Below, piece by piece: positions 10,501-17,730 of a DNA stretch of 46,808 nt. Numbering within the stretch: the stretch's first letter is position 1; each line of letters starts with the position of its first letter. The notes below the pieces were generated by a model. That model ran no database searches and was not told where the DNA came from. It saw only the letters and a program-made list of their open reading frames with translations. Source of the DNA: Verrucomicrobiota bacterium. GTDB lineage: Bacteria > Verrucomicrobiota > Verrucomicrobiia > Limisphaerales > UBA9464. Where the stretch lies: NCBI GenBank assembly GCA_038226425.1, contig JBBRQL010000003.1, positions 1 to 46,808 on the forward strand, given 5' to 3'. The position numbers and the translations under genes were made by a program.

Positions 10501-13457
10501 CCACCATGGTCGAGACCATCTTCACCGCGCGGATGCGGGCGCAGGTCCTGCCCGGCCAGACGCCGCTCCCGAGCGAGCAGATCAAGGTCGAGCCCGACGC
10601 GCTGAACAACGCGCTCGTCGTCTCCTCCAGCAAGGAGAACCTGGAGCTGATCCAGTCCCTCGTCGCCAAGCTCGACCAGGAGCCGACCATCGCCGACGGC
10701 GTGTTCGAGACCTTCACGCTCGAGTTCGCCGACGCGCAGCGCGTGGCGACCATCCTGAAGTCCCTCGTCGACCAGGGCCTCTACCGTCCGGGCCGCACCG
10801 GCGGCGCCGCGACGAAGGGCAACAACGGGCGCGACGTGCTCTCCATCAGCGTCGATCCGCGCAGCAACACGCTCATCGTGAGCGCCAGCCCGGAGAACCT
10901 CGTGATCGTCCGCGACGTCGTGAAGCGCATCGACACCAAGGACCTCGCGGCCACCGCCGACGTCCGCCTCTACGCGCTGAAGAACGCCCGCGCCAGCTCG
11001 CTGGCCACGACGCTCCAGCAGTTCTTCCAGGCCAAGCAGCGCGCCGATTCCATCGCGGTCAACGCCAACGAGCGCAGCGTCCCCGCGACCGTGCTCGCCG
11101 ACGACCGGGTCAACACGATCCTCGTCACCGGCGGCAAGGAGGCCTTCGACCTCGTGGACCGCATGTTGCCCGAGCTCGACGGCGAGAGCGTCTTCTCCCG
11201 GCTGAACTTCAAGGTCTTCCCCCTCAAGAAGGCCACGGCGATGAAGCTGCAGGCCACCTTGCGGCCGATCTTCGCCAACCGCCCGCCCAAGGTGAAGGGC
11301 GAGCCCGTCGATCCCGTGACCATCATCGCCGACCAATGGGTCAACGCGCTGCTGGTCGGCGCGACGGTGGACGACATGGGCACGGTCAGCGGGCTGATCG
11401 AGAAGCTCGACAGCGAACCGACCGAGACCGGCATCGCCATCCACGTCTTCCCGCTCGCCAAGGCCGACGCCCGCAAGGTCGCGACCACCGTGCAGGGGCT
11501 CTTCCGCGAGAACCTGCCCAACCAGGTCCTTCCGATCACCGTATCGGCCGACGAACGCATCAACGCCATCGTCGTCTCCTGCGGCGAGACCGACGCCAAG
11601 CGCATCGGCGAGCTGGTCCACAAGCTCGACACCGACCAGGTCGCGAAGGTCAGCGAGATCAAGGTCTTCCCGCTCCGTTACGCCAAGGCCGAACCGCTCG
11701 CGGCCATCCTCAACACCGCGCTGAACACCAAGGCGGCGCCGATCAACGACCCGAGCCCGAACGCGCAATCCGTGCTCCAGTTCATCACCCGCACCCAGGA
11801 AGGACAAGAGCTCGTCACCGCCGCGCTGAAGGAGTCCGTGCTCATCACGCCGGATCCGCGGATGAACTCGCTCATCGTCTCCGGCCCGGTCGATTACATG
11901 GGCCTGCTGGAGCAGATCGTGACGCGCCTCGACGCCAGCTCGCCGCAGATGGCGAAGATCAAGGTCTTCGCCCTGCGCAACGCCGACGCGCGCCAGATGG
12001 GCGAGCTGCTCACCCAGATGTTCCGCATGACGCAGAACGCCTCGCCCAACACCCAGCGCTCCGTGCAGTACACGCTGGTCCGTCCGGTCGCCGGCGACAC
12101 CGGGAACGGCGAGGAGGAATCGCTCGCCTCGGCGACGCTGGGGACCGCCGAGCAGTCGGCGCTGACGGTCACGATCGACCCGCGCACGAACAGCCTGCTC
12201 ATCGGCGGCACCGACCACTACGTCGCGCTGGTCTCGCAGCTGATCGAGTCGCTCGATTCCAGCACGGCGCTGGAGCGCAACTCCGAGGTGATCCGCCTCA
12301 AGAACTCGCAGGCCGTCGAGGTCGCGGCGGCGATACGCAGCTTCCTCGACCAGGAGCGGCTGAAGCTGATCCAGGCGCTCGGCGCCGACGCCGCGGCCGC
12401 CATGCAGCGCTCGATGGAGCAGGAGGTCGCCGTCGTCGCCGAGACCTCGAGCAACACGCTGCTGCTCTCCGCGAACCGACGCTATTTCGAGCAGGTCCGC
12501 CACCTCATCGACGAGCTCGACCAACCGCAGCCGCAGGTGCTCATCCAGGTGCTGCTCGCCGAGGTGACCTTGGACAACGCCACCGACCTGGGCATGGAGT
12601 GGAACTACAAGGGCGCCAGCGGCAACACCACCTACGCCGTCGGCACCGACCTCGGGGTCGCCGAGCAGCTCAAGAACCTCGGCGGCTTCTCCGCCGCTGT
12701 GACCGGCAGCGATTTCACCTTCCTGCTCCGCGCCTTGAAAGAACAGGGCCGGCTCGAGGTGCTCAGCCGACCGCAGATCGTGACCGCGGACAACAAACCG
12801 GCCACCATCAACATCGGCCAGCGCGTGCCGCTGATCGACCAGAGCCGCCTCGACGCCCAGAACAACCTCACCACCTCGTTCCGCTACGAGGACGTCGGCG
12901 TGAACCTCACCGTCACTCCGAAGATCAGCCCCGACGGCTTCGTGAAGATGGAGATCGGCACGACCAACAGCGCGATCAGCAGCTCCAGCGTCCAGGTCAA
13001 CAAATCGTCCTCCGTCCCCATCATCAACCAGCGCAAGGCCAGCACCACCGTCAGCGCCCAGAGCGGCCAGACCATCATCATCGGCGGCCTCATCGCAACC
13101 ACCGACGACAAGCGCGTGAAGAAGATGCCCATCATGGGCGACATCCCCTACCTCGGCGCGTTGTTCCGCACGACGTCCACCAAGCGCGAGCGCAAGGAGC
13201 TGCTGATCCTCCTCACGCCCCAGGTCCTGGTGAACAACCAGTCCCGGGTGCCGTTGCGCGATCCGGACGACGTCCTGCGCCAGCAGCTGGATTCCTCGGG
13301 CTTCAAGCCGTTGATAAAGCATGGAGAGATGCAGCATCGGCTGCTCGACCCTTTGTACCCCACCAACCCGCCTCCGCGCCGGAACATCATCATCACGCCG
13401 TCGGCGCCCGCGGCCACGCCGCCTCCGAGACCCGCATCCGCGTCCAAGGTCCTCTAG
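1596..13457 (+). CDS. gspD: Giant secretin (GspD/PilQ family), 3953 aa: signal peptide, N0, ~43 Secretin_N repeats, secretin core
   Basis: Sec signal, N0 (IRFQFDGIPYSDVVERFAQMAG), repeated 'V..L..A.A..V...L...D.RSNSLIV.G......I..LD' units, and a C-terminal core from ~12531 (PQVLIQVLLAEV, VLSRPQIVTADNKPATINIG, YEDVGVNLTVTPKI, GQTIIIGGLI, KMPIMGDIPYLGALFR, ELLILLTPQV). Confidence 0.95.
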   Translation: MKPIRLVLLGACLLAGLTLGAQDAARPPATNPPASVKPASPKPDVVSAKTAPARDIRFQFDGIPYSDVVERFAQMAGRPLLSDTNVVGSLTYDDPNAYTYNEALDTLNLMLAMKGVMLLEDGNNLRLVPFKQLPSMPIRIMRGTENAGDVRPGEVVTVVLDVANLEAKEVADSVLPMLSSAGSVAPLSRGRGLVVTDRLSNIQRVRTLLATIGTGQSADRQMKTYTLQHASGAIVSDLLNRTFGIATAPKRTSFNPNTKAMEVLPPDPADYVTSVYDDASRTLLLFGPPDRLALAEELVNKFEQKDGSAGDVRIYYPQSMKADELANLIRQAIPGVAAANESASAAATKARVIPDLALNRVIVAAPLPGQLDQIEQLVTRVDKGVQGAVGQNGENSLVPTRSQTIQLTKIFRPRATGATNVASIVRQALTRRNSSGQVATTASVSFDAGSQSVVVTGSPADLQTATDIVSQIETGTSQPTPLQTRFIDVGSPEEAQRIQPLVDQLYRNQTADGSAGTVAHAKILADTGSGRLIVTASQDHLARIEALVKQLRADRPEGMSRHLRVVVLKHTRTDIALPGIQSLVTERMADRRFSSLPKPSLVADAPNNRILVTATDEQLKEIEDAVAVVDIAPAQAQRELSVIPLQARTATEIIPLVTQLVGQLAAPGQLAPTLMADPTGKQVIVLAVAKDQERVRTLVKQFDVTAATAAPRQFRGVEIFGRTAAEFTPLVQQLYQEQIRGQPEPAGGPATLIAETKNNRIMVSGGEKEIARVEAIIRQLDPVAAKASKEETRVIRLKTASAAEIAGLVEKSLNAQTQQVRVLLDARSNSLVVTGERAAVEAAWQMVQQLDTRGESGPRELRVIELKSADAATVAPMVGNLFAELVKDQRGADYVSATKVVPDTLANRLIVTGSHAEIEQVVALVDRLDNAPQQAPGARVFKLNMAEATMMAPIVSNAMVRFDARGQAVKRVTVAADEKSNSLIVSGSRSDLQDVESVIEKLDGESTGKERVLRIFDVKGDPDALAATVQKVFAAQNPGRNIGGLLSITPEPAGKRLLVLAPPATLAQVATMVTALDANPDQGIRELHPVELKNATTADLLPKVRQIYTEQSQGKTIKAASIYGDASGTRLLVHGTEEQASSIRQIVSTMESQAPLARETRTFDLGKLSEAQRVLPLLQQFYKDQVASSPQSGIADAQIVSDGKTGRLLVSARADHLKLIEDLVSRLQVVDAGASAARETRTFDVGTAADVQRLQPLVAQLYKDQWKDKQDTDPADAQIIADAKTGRLIVTGKPEHLKQIEAILQQLGTGKARTENRQTRIIDLTTASAVELATTVRTLYAEEAKGRLGGQTADTLITPDTGGNRLILVGDTNELTAVEEIVRKLDKGSAQSASARVFKIKSADPEKVAEILTTSLVRYDAYGRPQKRATVSVDAKTRTLIVTGDPKELQGVSLIIEQLDQSLGAVPERKTKVITLKQGRAVLLSPKVRQLYNDRIKSLPELSTSEILILDEGESNQLIVAGNDAQLKVVEQIVDELQSAQLSRGVRETRLLDVGSADELARLQPLVQGLYKDRIRGRDASDPVDAQIITDTKNARFIVTARTNHIAEIESIIAQLRSGDAAFQPRDTRVIDLATANAVELTTTVRTLYTEQAKNRPGAPAADTLITPDTSGNRIIVTGATNELAVVEDIIRKLDKVGAQSASTRVFKLKSADADKVVEILATALVRYDAYGRPQKRVSVVTDPKTRTIIATGDPKELQSAAVIIEQLDTSLGTQAGRSMRVLTVKNRSVGELGSKVRQVYTDRSKSQPELGGSEALILEDAASNQLIVAGTEPQLVAIEEIAVLLQAGGGGENGRAVRVVSLERSNATSLVAMLSQLYAKQIASPDPAVRLMVSAGGNERTLVVDAPAATAEKVEQLVKSMDQTDPAAQNVIQTVRLTKSRAEDLAEAVNRTLTNRIGSGPGAGRRVAVTAVPGANSLLINGPTNAVQDVLKIVHELDTDGNGNPGDIEVRIYKLENGVAREVSSVLQQLLQNVTRNLRGGSADGEGRRGPAVSVSIDERSNSLIVSATPAHFRVVEKILPTLDKAPERSDRDVQFVWLRKAKAFDVSSKLDTLFEDRPRSARPVIEPDISANSLTIIAKRGDIPQIQDLVSRLDEQGKDSAVQVRLRPLERVAADQMAKMLESIYPQVSGKSLRVADKVPAAPPEKKTDDTTPAPEPEVVIAVDKAANALILSGPAQELDNVERLVTDLSINSHGDESEFRLFPIKDADPVIVARTLTELLKQEPVAVPSASGAPILVSPKQRITVVAEPRTRSVIVRGRPTDFALMESLIRQLDNAGQITQLGFHIVPLTNAPPEKVLPLVQQMVAQLAASRPGEPVTVAMDQRSRGLVVIGRDTMAAQVEKMIRSLDQPTANVEAVVQIISLRKTAAAQVAAVLQGMLKPGAQGESTSESRELQDQVRRLKVRNDAGDEVVLDLSKPVKIAADPAAGGGNRLVLTSTPDNLKALAALVEMMDSVPVLDGVKVRFVPLEHADAAAVAQALTTIFTQGRQLAAGPAGPNAVPADQGKALVSPLNVAVDARSNTLILSGQPESLELAQKVVADMDREQMKFVTDVKLFRLKHASATRLVPLLQSAFAEGPSVPGTEGLSTQITRLRTLQEGQRAKLNDTPKTRAALTIQADDQANILVVAARSDNMPLIADIIEQLDIPAASGLETVRIYPLVHADPAAVQKILTDLYTGPRATPLRNEDRPVITVDARTGSLIVAGNGKAFGVIEGLLKQLDQKLPFDLRDIALIPLEHADANVVAPTLQKLMDARVTQRATLNQGQADALKVVIMTDQRSNALLVGGAREGFELVQNLAKQLDQASPALSGRVRLIPMQYADARVVAGTMTTLFEQRYAAIRTADVQRSKPIILADPRSNSLLVAASQDDNRTLDDLLKRLDAKQDNPALALTVVPLKHNDSARVATMVETIFTARMRAQVLPGQTPLPSEQIKVEPDALNNALVVSSSKENLELIQSLVAKLDQEPTIADGVFETFTLEFADAQRVATILKSLVDQGLYRPGRTGGAATKGNNGRDVLSISVDPRSNTLIVSASPENLVIVRDVVKRIDTKDLAATADVRLYALKNARASSLATTLQQFFQAKQRADSIAVNANERSVPATVLADDRVNTILVTGGKEAFDLVDRMLPELDGESVFSRLNFKVFPLKKATAMKLQATLRPIFANRPPKVKGEPVDPVTIIADQWVNALLVGATVDDMGTVSGLIEKLDSEPTETGIAIHVFPLAKADARKVATTVQGLFRENLPNQVLPITVSADERINAIVVSCGETDAKRIGELVHKLDTDQVAKVSEIKVFPLRYAKAEPLAAILNTALNTKAAPINDPSPNAQSVLQFITRTQEGQELVTAALKESVLITPDPRMNSLIVSGPVDYMGLLEQIVTRLDASSPQMAKIKVFALRNADARQMGELLTQMFRMTQNASPNTQRSVQYTLVRPVAGDTGNGEEESLASATLGTAEQSALTVTIDPRTNSLLIGGTDHYVALVSQLIESLDSSTALERNSEVIRLKNSQAVEVAAAIRSFLDQERLKLIQALGADAAAAMQRSMEQEVAVVAETSSNTLLLSANRRYFEQVRHLIDELDQPQPQVLIQVLLAEVTLDNATDLGMEWNYKGASGNTTYAVGTDLGVAEQLKNLGGFSAAVTGSDFTFLLRALKEQGRLEVLSRPQIVTADNKPATINIGQRVPLIDQSRLDAQNNLTTSFRYEDVGVNLTVTPKISPDGFVKMEIGTTNSAISSSSVQVNKSSSVPIINQRKASTTVSAQSGQTIIIGGLIATTDDKRVKKMPIMGDIPYLGALFRTTSTKRERKELLILLTPQVLVNNQSRVPLRDPDDVLRQQLDSSGFKPLIKHGEMQHRLLDPLYPTNPPPRRNIIITPSAPAATPPPRPASASKVL
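5307..7140 (+). repeat. Intragenic tandem duplication of a 4-domain, 927-bp (309-aa) module within the secretin
   Basis: RETR at 5307 and 6234, and LVRYDAYGRPQKR at ~5841 and ~6768. Both offsets are 927 bp. Confidence 0.9.
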
Positions 13458-13465
13458 AACCTGCC

Positions 13466-13984
13466 ATGACCCACCCATCCGTGACGACGTCGTCCCTCGC
13501 CGCGCGCCTCGCCTGCATCACGGCGCTGTGGATGCTCGGCGCCGGTTGCGGCGGAGCTGGGAAGGCCGCGCGCGGCGGCCGGGACGCCGTGGCGGACCTC
13601 CATCTGTTCGGCGTGCCCGTGGCGTTGGACCTCGACGGCGTGCCGGGTCCGGACGGCATCGGCGTGCGCATCTACGCCAGCGGCCCGGGCGTCGCCCGCG
13701 GGGTCGCCATCCGGCAAGGCACGCTGGAAGTGGTGTTGTTCGAAGGCGTCGTCGACGCCGGCGCGATAGGCAAGACCCAGCCGCTCAAGGTCTGGTCCTT
13801 CGATGCGGCGGCGCTGAAGCCGCTCGTCGCCGAGACCTCGCTCGGTCTGGGCTACCAGCTCGCGCTGCGCTGGGGCGCGGAGAGTCCGGCCGACAACGTG
13901 GTGACGGTGGTCGCGCGCTACCGGAGCCCTGCCGGCGCGGTGATCTACTCCACGAGCAACACGATCTCGGTGCGGATGAAGTGA
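13466..13984 (+). CDS. Lipoprotein, candidate pilotin/secretin accessory (172 aa)
   Basis: ATG 8 nt after the secretin stop, hydrophobic signal ending in lipobox-like LGAG-C, beta-rich mature domain. The function is inferred from position only. Confidence 0.65.
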   Translation: MTHPSVTTSSLAARLACITALWMLGAGCGGAGKAARGGRDAVADLHLFGVPVALDLDGVPGPDGIGVRIYASGPGVARGVAIRQGTLEVVLFEGVVDAGAIGKTQPLKVWSFDAAALKPLVAETSLGLGYQLALRWGAESPADNVVTVVARYRSPAGAVIYSTSNTISVRMK

Positions 13985-14273
13985 GCCATCCGCGCTGTTC
14001 TCTTCGACGCATCCGATACCGCACACCCTCCCCTCCGCCGCCCGCCGCCGCCGACCACGCGACCCGGGATCGCGCGCCGACCGCAGAGCCTTGCGAAATC
14101 ACCAGCGGCCACGCCTCCGGGTCCGCCGCGACCATGGGATCGGCGCCCCGGACATCGAGCAAAGCGTAGCTGGAGAATTCCTCGACTCGCATGGAAACCA
14201 CCGGGCGACGGAGCGGTCCGCCATACCCTCGACAGCGGACTGTGTTTCCCACGATGGATGTCCGCACGTTGTC

Positions 14274-14294
14274 CACCAAACGCTCCGTTTGGTG
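14274..14294. terminator. Perfect 9-bp hairpin between the convergent secretin operon and tRNA
   Basis: CACCAAACG-CTC-CGTTTGGTG, 17 nt downstream of the tRNA 3' end. No clear U-tract. Confidence 0.45.
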
Positions 14295-14310
14295 ATACGC
14301 TGAGCCGATA

Positions 14311-14396
<86 letters not shown>

Positions 14397-14610
14397 GGAC
14401 CGGACGAGCCTCGCGCTCGGGCAGACGACCGGGCACCACGGACGATATCCGGTGGCTGTGCCGCTGCTTGAGGTATCCGTACCAGCGCCCATGCGCCCCG
14501 CGCAAGGAACCCGTTCGCGAGCGCAAGCGTAGGAGACGAGATGACGAGTCCCCGTTTCCTGCGAGAACCAAGGGCCTCTTCATATCGGCTTCTGCAGGAT
14601 CAAGTTCATA

Positions 14611-14727
14611 ACGCCTGTTTGAAAACTCACCGACGGGTCGTGGGACAGGCTTCCTGCCTGTCCGACCGTGGGCTGGAAGCCCGCCCGCAGACAGGCTCTC
14701 GGCAATCCAGAGTTCTCGAACAGGCTC
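14611..14727. mobile_element. MITE-like element with 16-bp imperfect terminal inverted repeats and an internal REP-like palindrome
   Basis: GCCTGTTTGAAAACTC (14613-14628) versus GAGTTCTCGAACAGGC (14710-14725). Internal GGGACAGGCTTCCTGCCTGTCC is related to the repeat at 36483. Confidence 0.5.
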
Positions 14728-14756
14728 TGAGACCCGTGCCCGCCCCAACGGCGCAC

Positions 14757-14785
14757 TTTCCATCCTCACCCCGCGCCCCCACAAT
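14757..14785 (+). promoter_or_regulatory. Putative sigma70 promoter giving a leaderless yajQ mRNA
   Basis: TTTCCA-17 nt-CACAAT-6 nt-ATG, no Shine-Dalgarno. Confidence 0.5.
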
Positions 14786-14791
14786 CCGCCC

Positions 14792-15277
14792 ATGCCAAGT
14801 TTCGATATCGTCTCGAAGGTCAACTCGATGGAGGTGGAGAACGCCGTGAACCAGGCCCAGAAGGAGCTGCTCACGCGGTTCGACTTCAAGGGCAGCGGCG
14901 CGGAGATCGTGCTCGAGAAGCACGAGATCAAGCTGAAGGCGATGGACAGCTTCAAGATCCGCGCGCTGGAGGAGATCGTCGTCGCCAAGCTGGCCAAGCG
15001 GGGCATCAGCATGAAGAGCATCGACCGCGGCGACGCGGAGATCTCGCCGCTCGGCCACGCGCGCCAGGTCATCAAGATCAAGCAGGGCATCGACGGACCG
15101 ACCGCGAAGCAGATCAGCCTCTTCATCCGCGAGAGCAAGATCAAGGTCACCGCCGCCATCCAGGGCGACGAGCTGCGCGTCAACGGCAAGAGCCGCGACG
15201 ACCTCCAAGAGGCCATCGCCGCGGTGCGCGGGCATGATTTCCCGGTGGCGGTGTCGTTCGTGAACTTCCGCGACTGA
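14792..15277 (+). CDS. yajQ: YajQ family nucleotide/c-di-GMP-binding protein
   Basis: MPSFDIVSKV...NAVNQAQKELLTRFDFKGS...IQGDELRVNGKSRDDLQ...NFRD, 161 aa. Confidence 0.97.
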   Translation: MPSFDIVSKVNSMEVENAVNQAQKELLTRFDFKGSGAEIVLEKHEIKLKAMDSFKIRALEEIVVAKLAKRGISMKSIDRGDAEISPLGHARQVIKIKQGIDGPTAKQISLFIRESKIKVTAAIQGDELRVNGKSRDDLQEAIAAVRGHDFPVAVSFVNFRD

Positions 15278-15357
15278 GAGGAAGGGCTGTCGGAGCGGCC
15301 CGGGGGCGCCCGAGCGTTTGCCTTGCCCATCCGGTCCCGGTCCGCACCATCCTTCCC

Positions 15358-16488
15358 GTGTCACTCCGCGTCCTCGTAGCACCCGACAAGTTCAAGGGCA
15401 CCCTCAGTGCGCACCAGGCCGCGGGCGCGATCGTGGACGGCTGGTGGGCGGCACGGCCGCAGGACGAGATGGAGATGCTGCCGATGAGCGACGGCGGCGA
15501 CGGCTTCGGCGGGATCGTGGCCGAGCTGATGGGCGCGACCGAGCAGGTCACCGCGACCGTGGATGCCGCGGCCCGCCCGGTCGGTGCGAAGTGGTGGTGG
15601 CACGAGGCTTCCCGCACGGCGATCATCGAGGCGGCCCAGGTGGTCGGCTTGGCGATGCTCCCGCCCAACCGGTTCCATCCGTTCGAGCTCGACACCCGCG
15701 GCCTCGGAGCGGTCATCCGCACGGCCGTCGCCGCCGGCGCGCAGACGGTGGTCATCGGCATCGGCGGCAGCGCGACGAACGACGGCGGCTTCGGCGTCGC
15801 CACCGCCCTCGGCTGGCGGTTCTACGACGACCGCGACCAGCTCATCGACAAGTGGGTGAAACTGTGCCGGCTCACGCGATGGCTGCCGCCGCTCGAACCG
15901 GTCCTGGGCGTGGACATCGTGGTCGCGGTCGATGTCGAGAACCCGCTCCTCGGCCTGAACGGTTGCACGCGCGTGTACGGCCCGCAGAAAGGCCTGCTCA
16001 TGCAGCAGGCCCCGATCGCCGAGGCCGCGCTGGAGAAGCTTGCGCTGAAGGCGCGCGAAGCGGCCGGCTACGACGTCTCGGACGATCCCGGCTGCGGCGC
16101 GGCGGGCGGCCTGGGTTTCGGGCTCAAGGTGTTCCTCGGCGCCCGGCTGGAATCCGGTTTCGAGATCTTCGCAGCCCACGCGAAGCTCGACGAGAAGATC
16201 GCCAAGTCGGACCTCGTGGTCACCGGCGAGGGCGCCATCGACAAGCAGAGCCTCATGGGCAAGGGCACGGGCCGCATGGCCCAGCGCTGCCGCCTGCTCG
16301 GCAAACGCTGCGTCGGCCTGGCCGGGATGGTCGAAGGCGGCGCGCAGCTCCCCACGAGCGACCGGCTGTTCCACTCCGCCCACGGCATCACGCCGACGAT
16401 GACCAATCCCGCGGCCTCGAAGAAGGATGCCGCGAAGTGGCTCGAGCTGCTGGCCAACAAGGTCGCGAACGATTACGATTGGTCATGA
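15358..16488 (+). CDS. glxK: Glycerate kinase (GlxK/GarK family)
   Basis: VLVAPDKFKGTLSA, PMSDGGDG, IGIGGSATNDGG, DVENPLLG, YGPQKG, GAAGGLG, TGEGAID.QS.MGK. Confidence 0.95.
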   Translation: MSLRVLVAPDKFKGTLSAHQAAGAIVDGWWAARPQDEMEMLPMSDGGDGFGGIVAELMGATEQVTATVDAAARPVGAKWWWHEASRTAIIEAAQVVGLAMLPPNRFHPFELDTRGLGAVIRTAVAAGAQTVVIGIGGSATNDGGFGVATALGWRFYDDRDQLIDKWVKLCRLTRWLPPLEPVLGVDIVVAVDVENPLLGLNGCTRVYGPQKGLLMQQAPIAEAALEKLALKAREAAGYDVSDDPGCGAAGGLGFGLKVFLGARLESGFEIFAAHAKLDEKIAKSDLVVTGEGAIDKQSLMGKGTGRMAQRCRLLGKRCVGLAGMVEGGAQLPTSDRLFHSAHGITPTMTNPAASKKDAAKWLELLANKVANDYDWS

Positions 16489-16526
16489 TGATCGATCGAC
16501 CGGCACGGGACTTGCGCACGGCGCGC

Positions 16527-17636
16527 ATGTTCTCATCGGTTTCGCGCCGGATCGGGGCCATGGCCGCGATCGGCCTCGCCTCCGCGCTCCCTGCTTGGGG
16601 GATCATCACCTATGGCACGGATGACCCGGCCCACACGACGCCGCCGACCGGTGCGCTCGCCGGCAGCGGTTGGCAATGGCAGGGGCCGTGGGGCGGCCTG
16701 CTGGGCACGGCCATCTCGCCGAACCACTTCATCACCGTCGCCCACGCCGGCGGCGCGACCGGTTGGGATTTCATCCTCGACGGCAAGCACCACACCGCCG
16801 TCTCGGTGTGCATCGCCCAAGGCGCGGACCTGCAGATCTGGAAGGTCGCGGGGACGATCACCTCCTTCGCTCCGCGCTATACCGGCACCGCCGAGCGCGG
16901 GAAGACCGTGGTGATGATCGGCCGCGGCACCACCCGGGGCGAGGCGATCATCGGCGAAGGCACGTTCGGCCAGGAGCTGAAGGGCTGGTACTGGGGCGGC
17001 GGGGACGGCGCGATGCGCTGGGGCACCAACGTCGTCTCGAGCATCACCGATTCCGCCGGCAAGTCCGTCACCGGCCGCGCCGGCCTGGCCGGCGACCGCA
17101 TCCGGTGCTCGTTCGATGGCGGAGCAGGCGACGACGAGGGGACCCTTTCGGGTGGTGATTCCGGTGGCGCGCTGTTCCTCCAGGACGCGGGCGCATGGAA
17201 GCTGGCCGGGCTGTTGTCGGCGGTCGAGAGCACTGTCCGCCTCTCGGCCGACGGCCCGGACGTGTCGGCCGCGATCTTCGACCTCGGAGGATTGTACGTC
17301 CAGACCTCGGGCGGATGGGTCAAGGTCCCCGACCAGTTCGCGAAGCAGCCGACGTCCTTCAGCGCGGCCCGCGTCTCGGGCAACGAAGCTTGGATCGCCA
17401 GCGTGTTGGCCGATGAAGTCGCACCGGACCGGGTGATGACGGTGGAGTCCTCGGCTTTTGCCGAAGGGCCGTTCACCGAGGAGAAGGAAGCCCGGTTGCA
17501 GTTGCAGCAGTCGCAGTTCGTGGTGCCGGCCGTGGAAGGCACGCGTTACTATCGGTTCCGCTCCGACGCGGCGCTGGCAGTGTCCGGCGTCTCCTGGTCC
17601 GCGGAAGGCGTCGTGCTGAAGTTCGGTGTCGAGTGA
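16527..17636 (+). CDS. Secreted trypsin-like (S1) serine protease with C-terminal beta domain
   Basis: Signal peptide (…ASALPAWG), triad motifs ITVAH, ADLQIW, GDSGG, and C-terminal VESSAFAEGPF…TRYYRFR. Start could alternatively be 16485 or 16560. Confidence 0.8.
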   Translation: MFSSVSRRIGAMAAIGLASALPAWGIITYGTDDPAHTTPPTGALAGSGWQWQGPWGGLLGTAISPNHFITVAHAGGATGWDFILDGKHHTAVSVCIAQGADLQIWKVAGTITSFAPRYTGTAERGKTVVMIGRGTTRGEAIIGEGTFGQELKGWYWGGGDGAMRWGTNVVSSITDSAGKSVTGRAGLAGDRIRCSFDGGAGDDEGTLSGGDSGGALFLQDAGAWKLAGLLSAVESTVRLSADGPDVSAAIFDLGGLYVQTSGGWVKVPDQFAKQPTSFSAARVSGNEAWIASVLADEVAPDRVMTVESSAFAEGPFTEEKEARLQLQQSQFVVPAVEGTRYYRFRSDAALAVSGVSWSAEGVVLKFGVE

Positions 17637-17730
17637 CGCCCGCTCGCGACACCGCCGCTGGACAGGCCGTCACGACATCGTCACCCAACTCAGGGATTTC
17701 TCGGCCGCTGGCCGCGGTTAGGCTGGCCGC

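Noticed and set aside
1485-13478. 3997-aa antisense ORF mirroring the secretin
   Set aside because: Shadow frame: in-register antisense stops need TTA/CTA/TCA sense codons, which this GC-rich gene avoids. It has no recognisable domains.
13985-14310. tRNA-Leu 3' end as the attachment site of an island carrying the secretin operon
   Set aside because: No integrase or duplicated tRNA 3' end was seen in the window, and the operon has host-like codon usage.
17637-17730. Glycine riboswitch ahead of the GcvT-family gene
   Set aside because: Only ~94 nt, no recognisable aptamer motifs, and a -10 box lies directly before the start codon.
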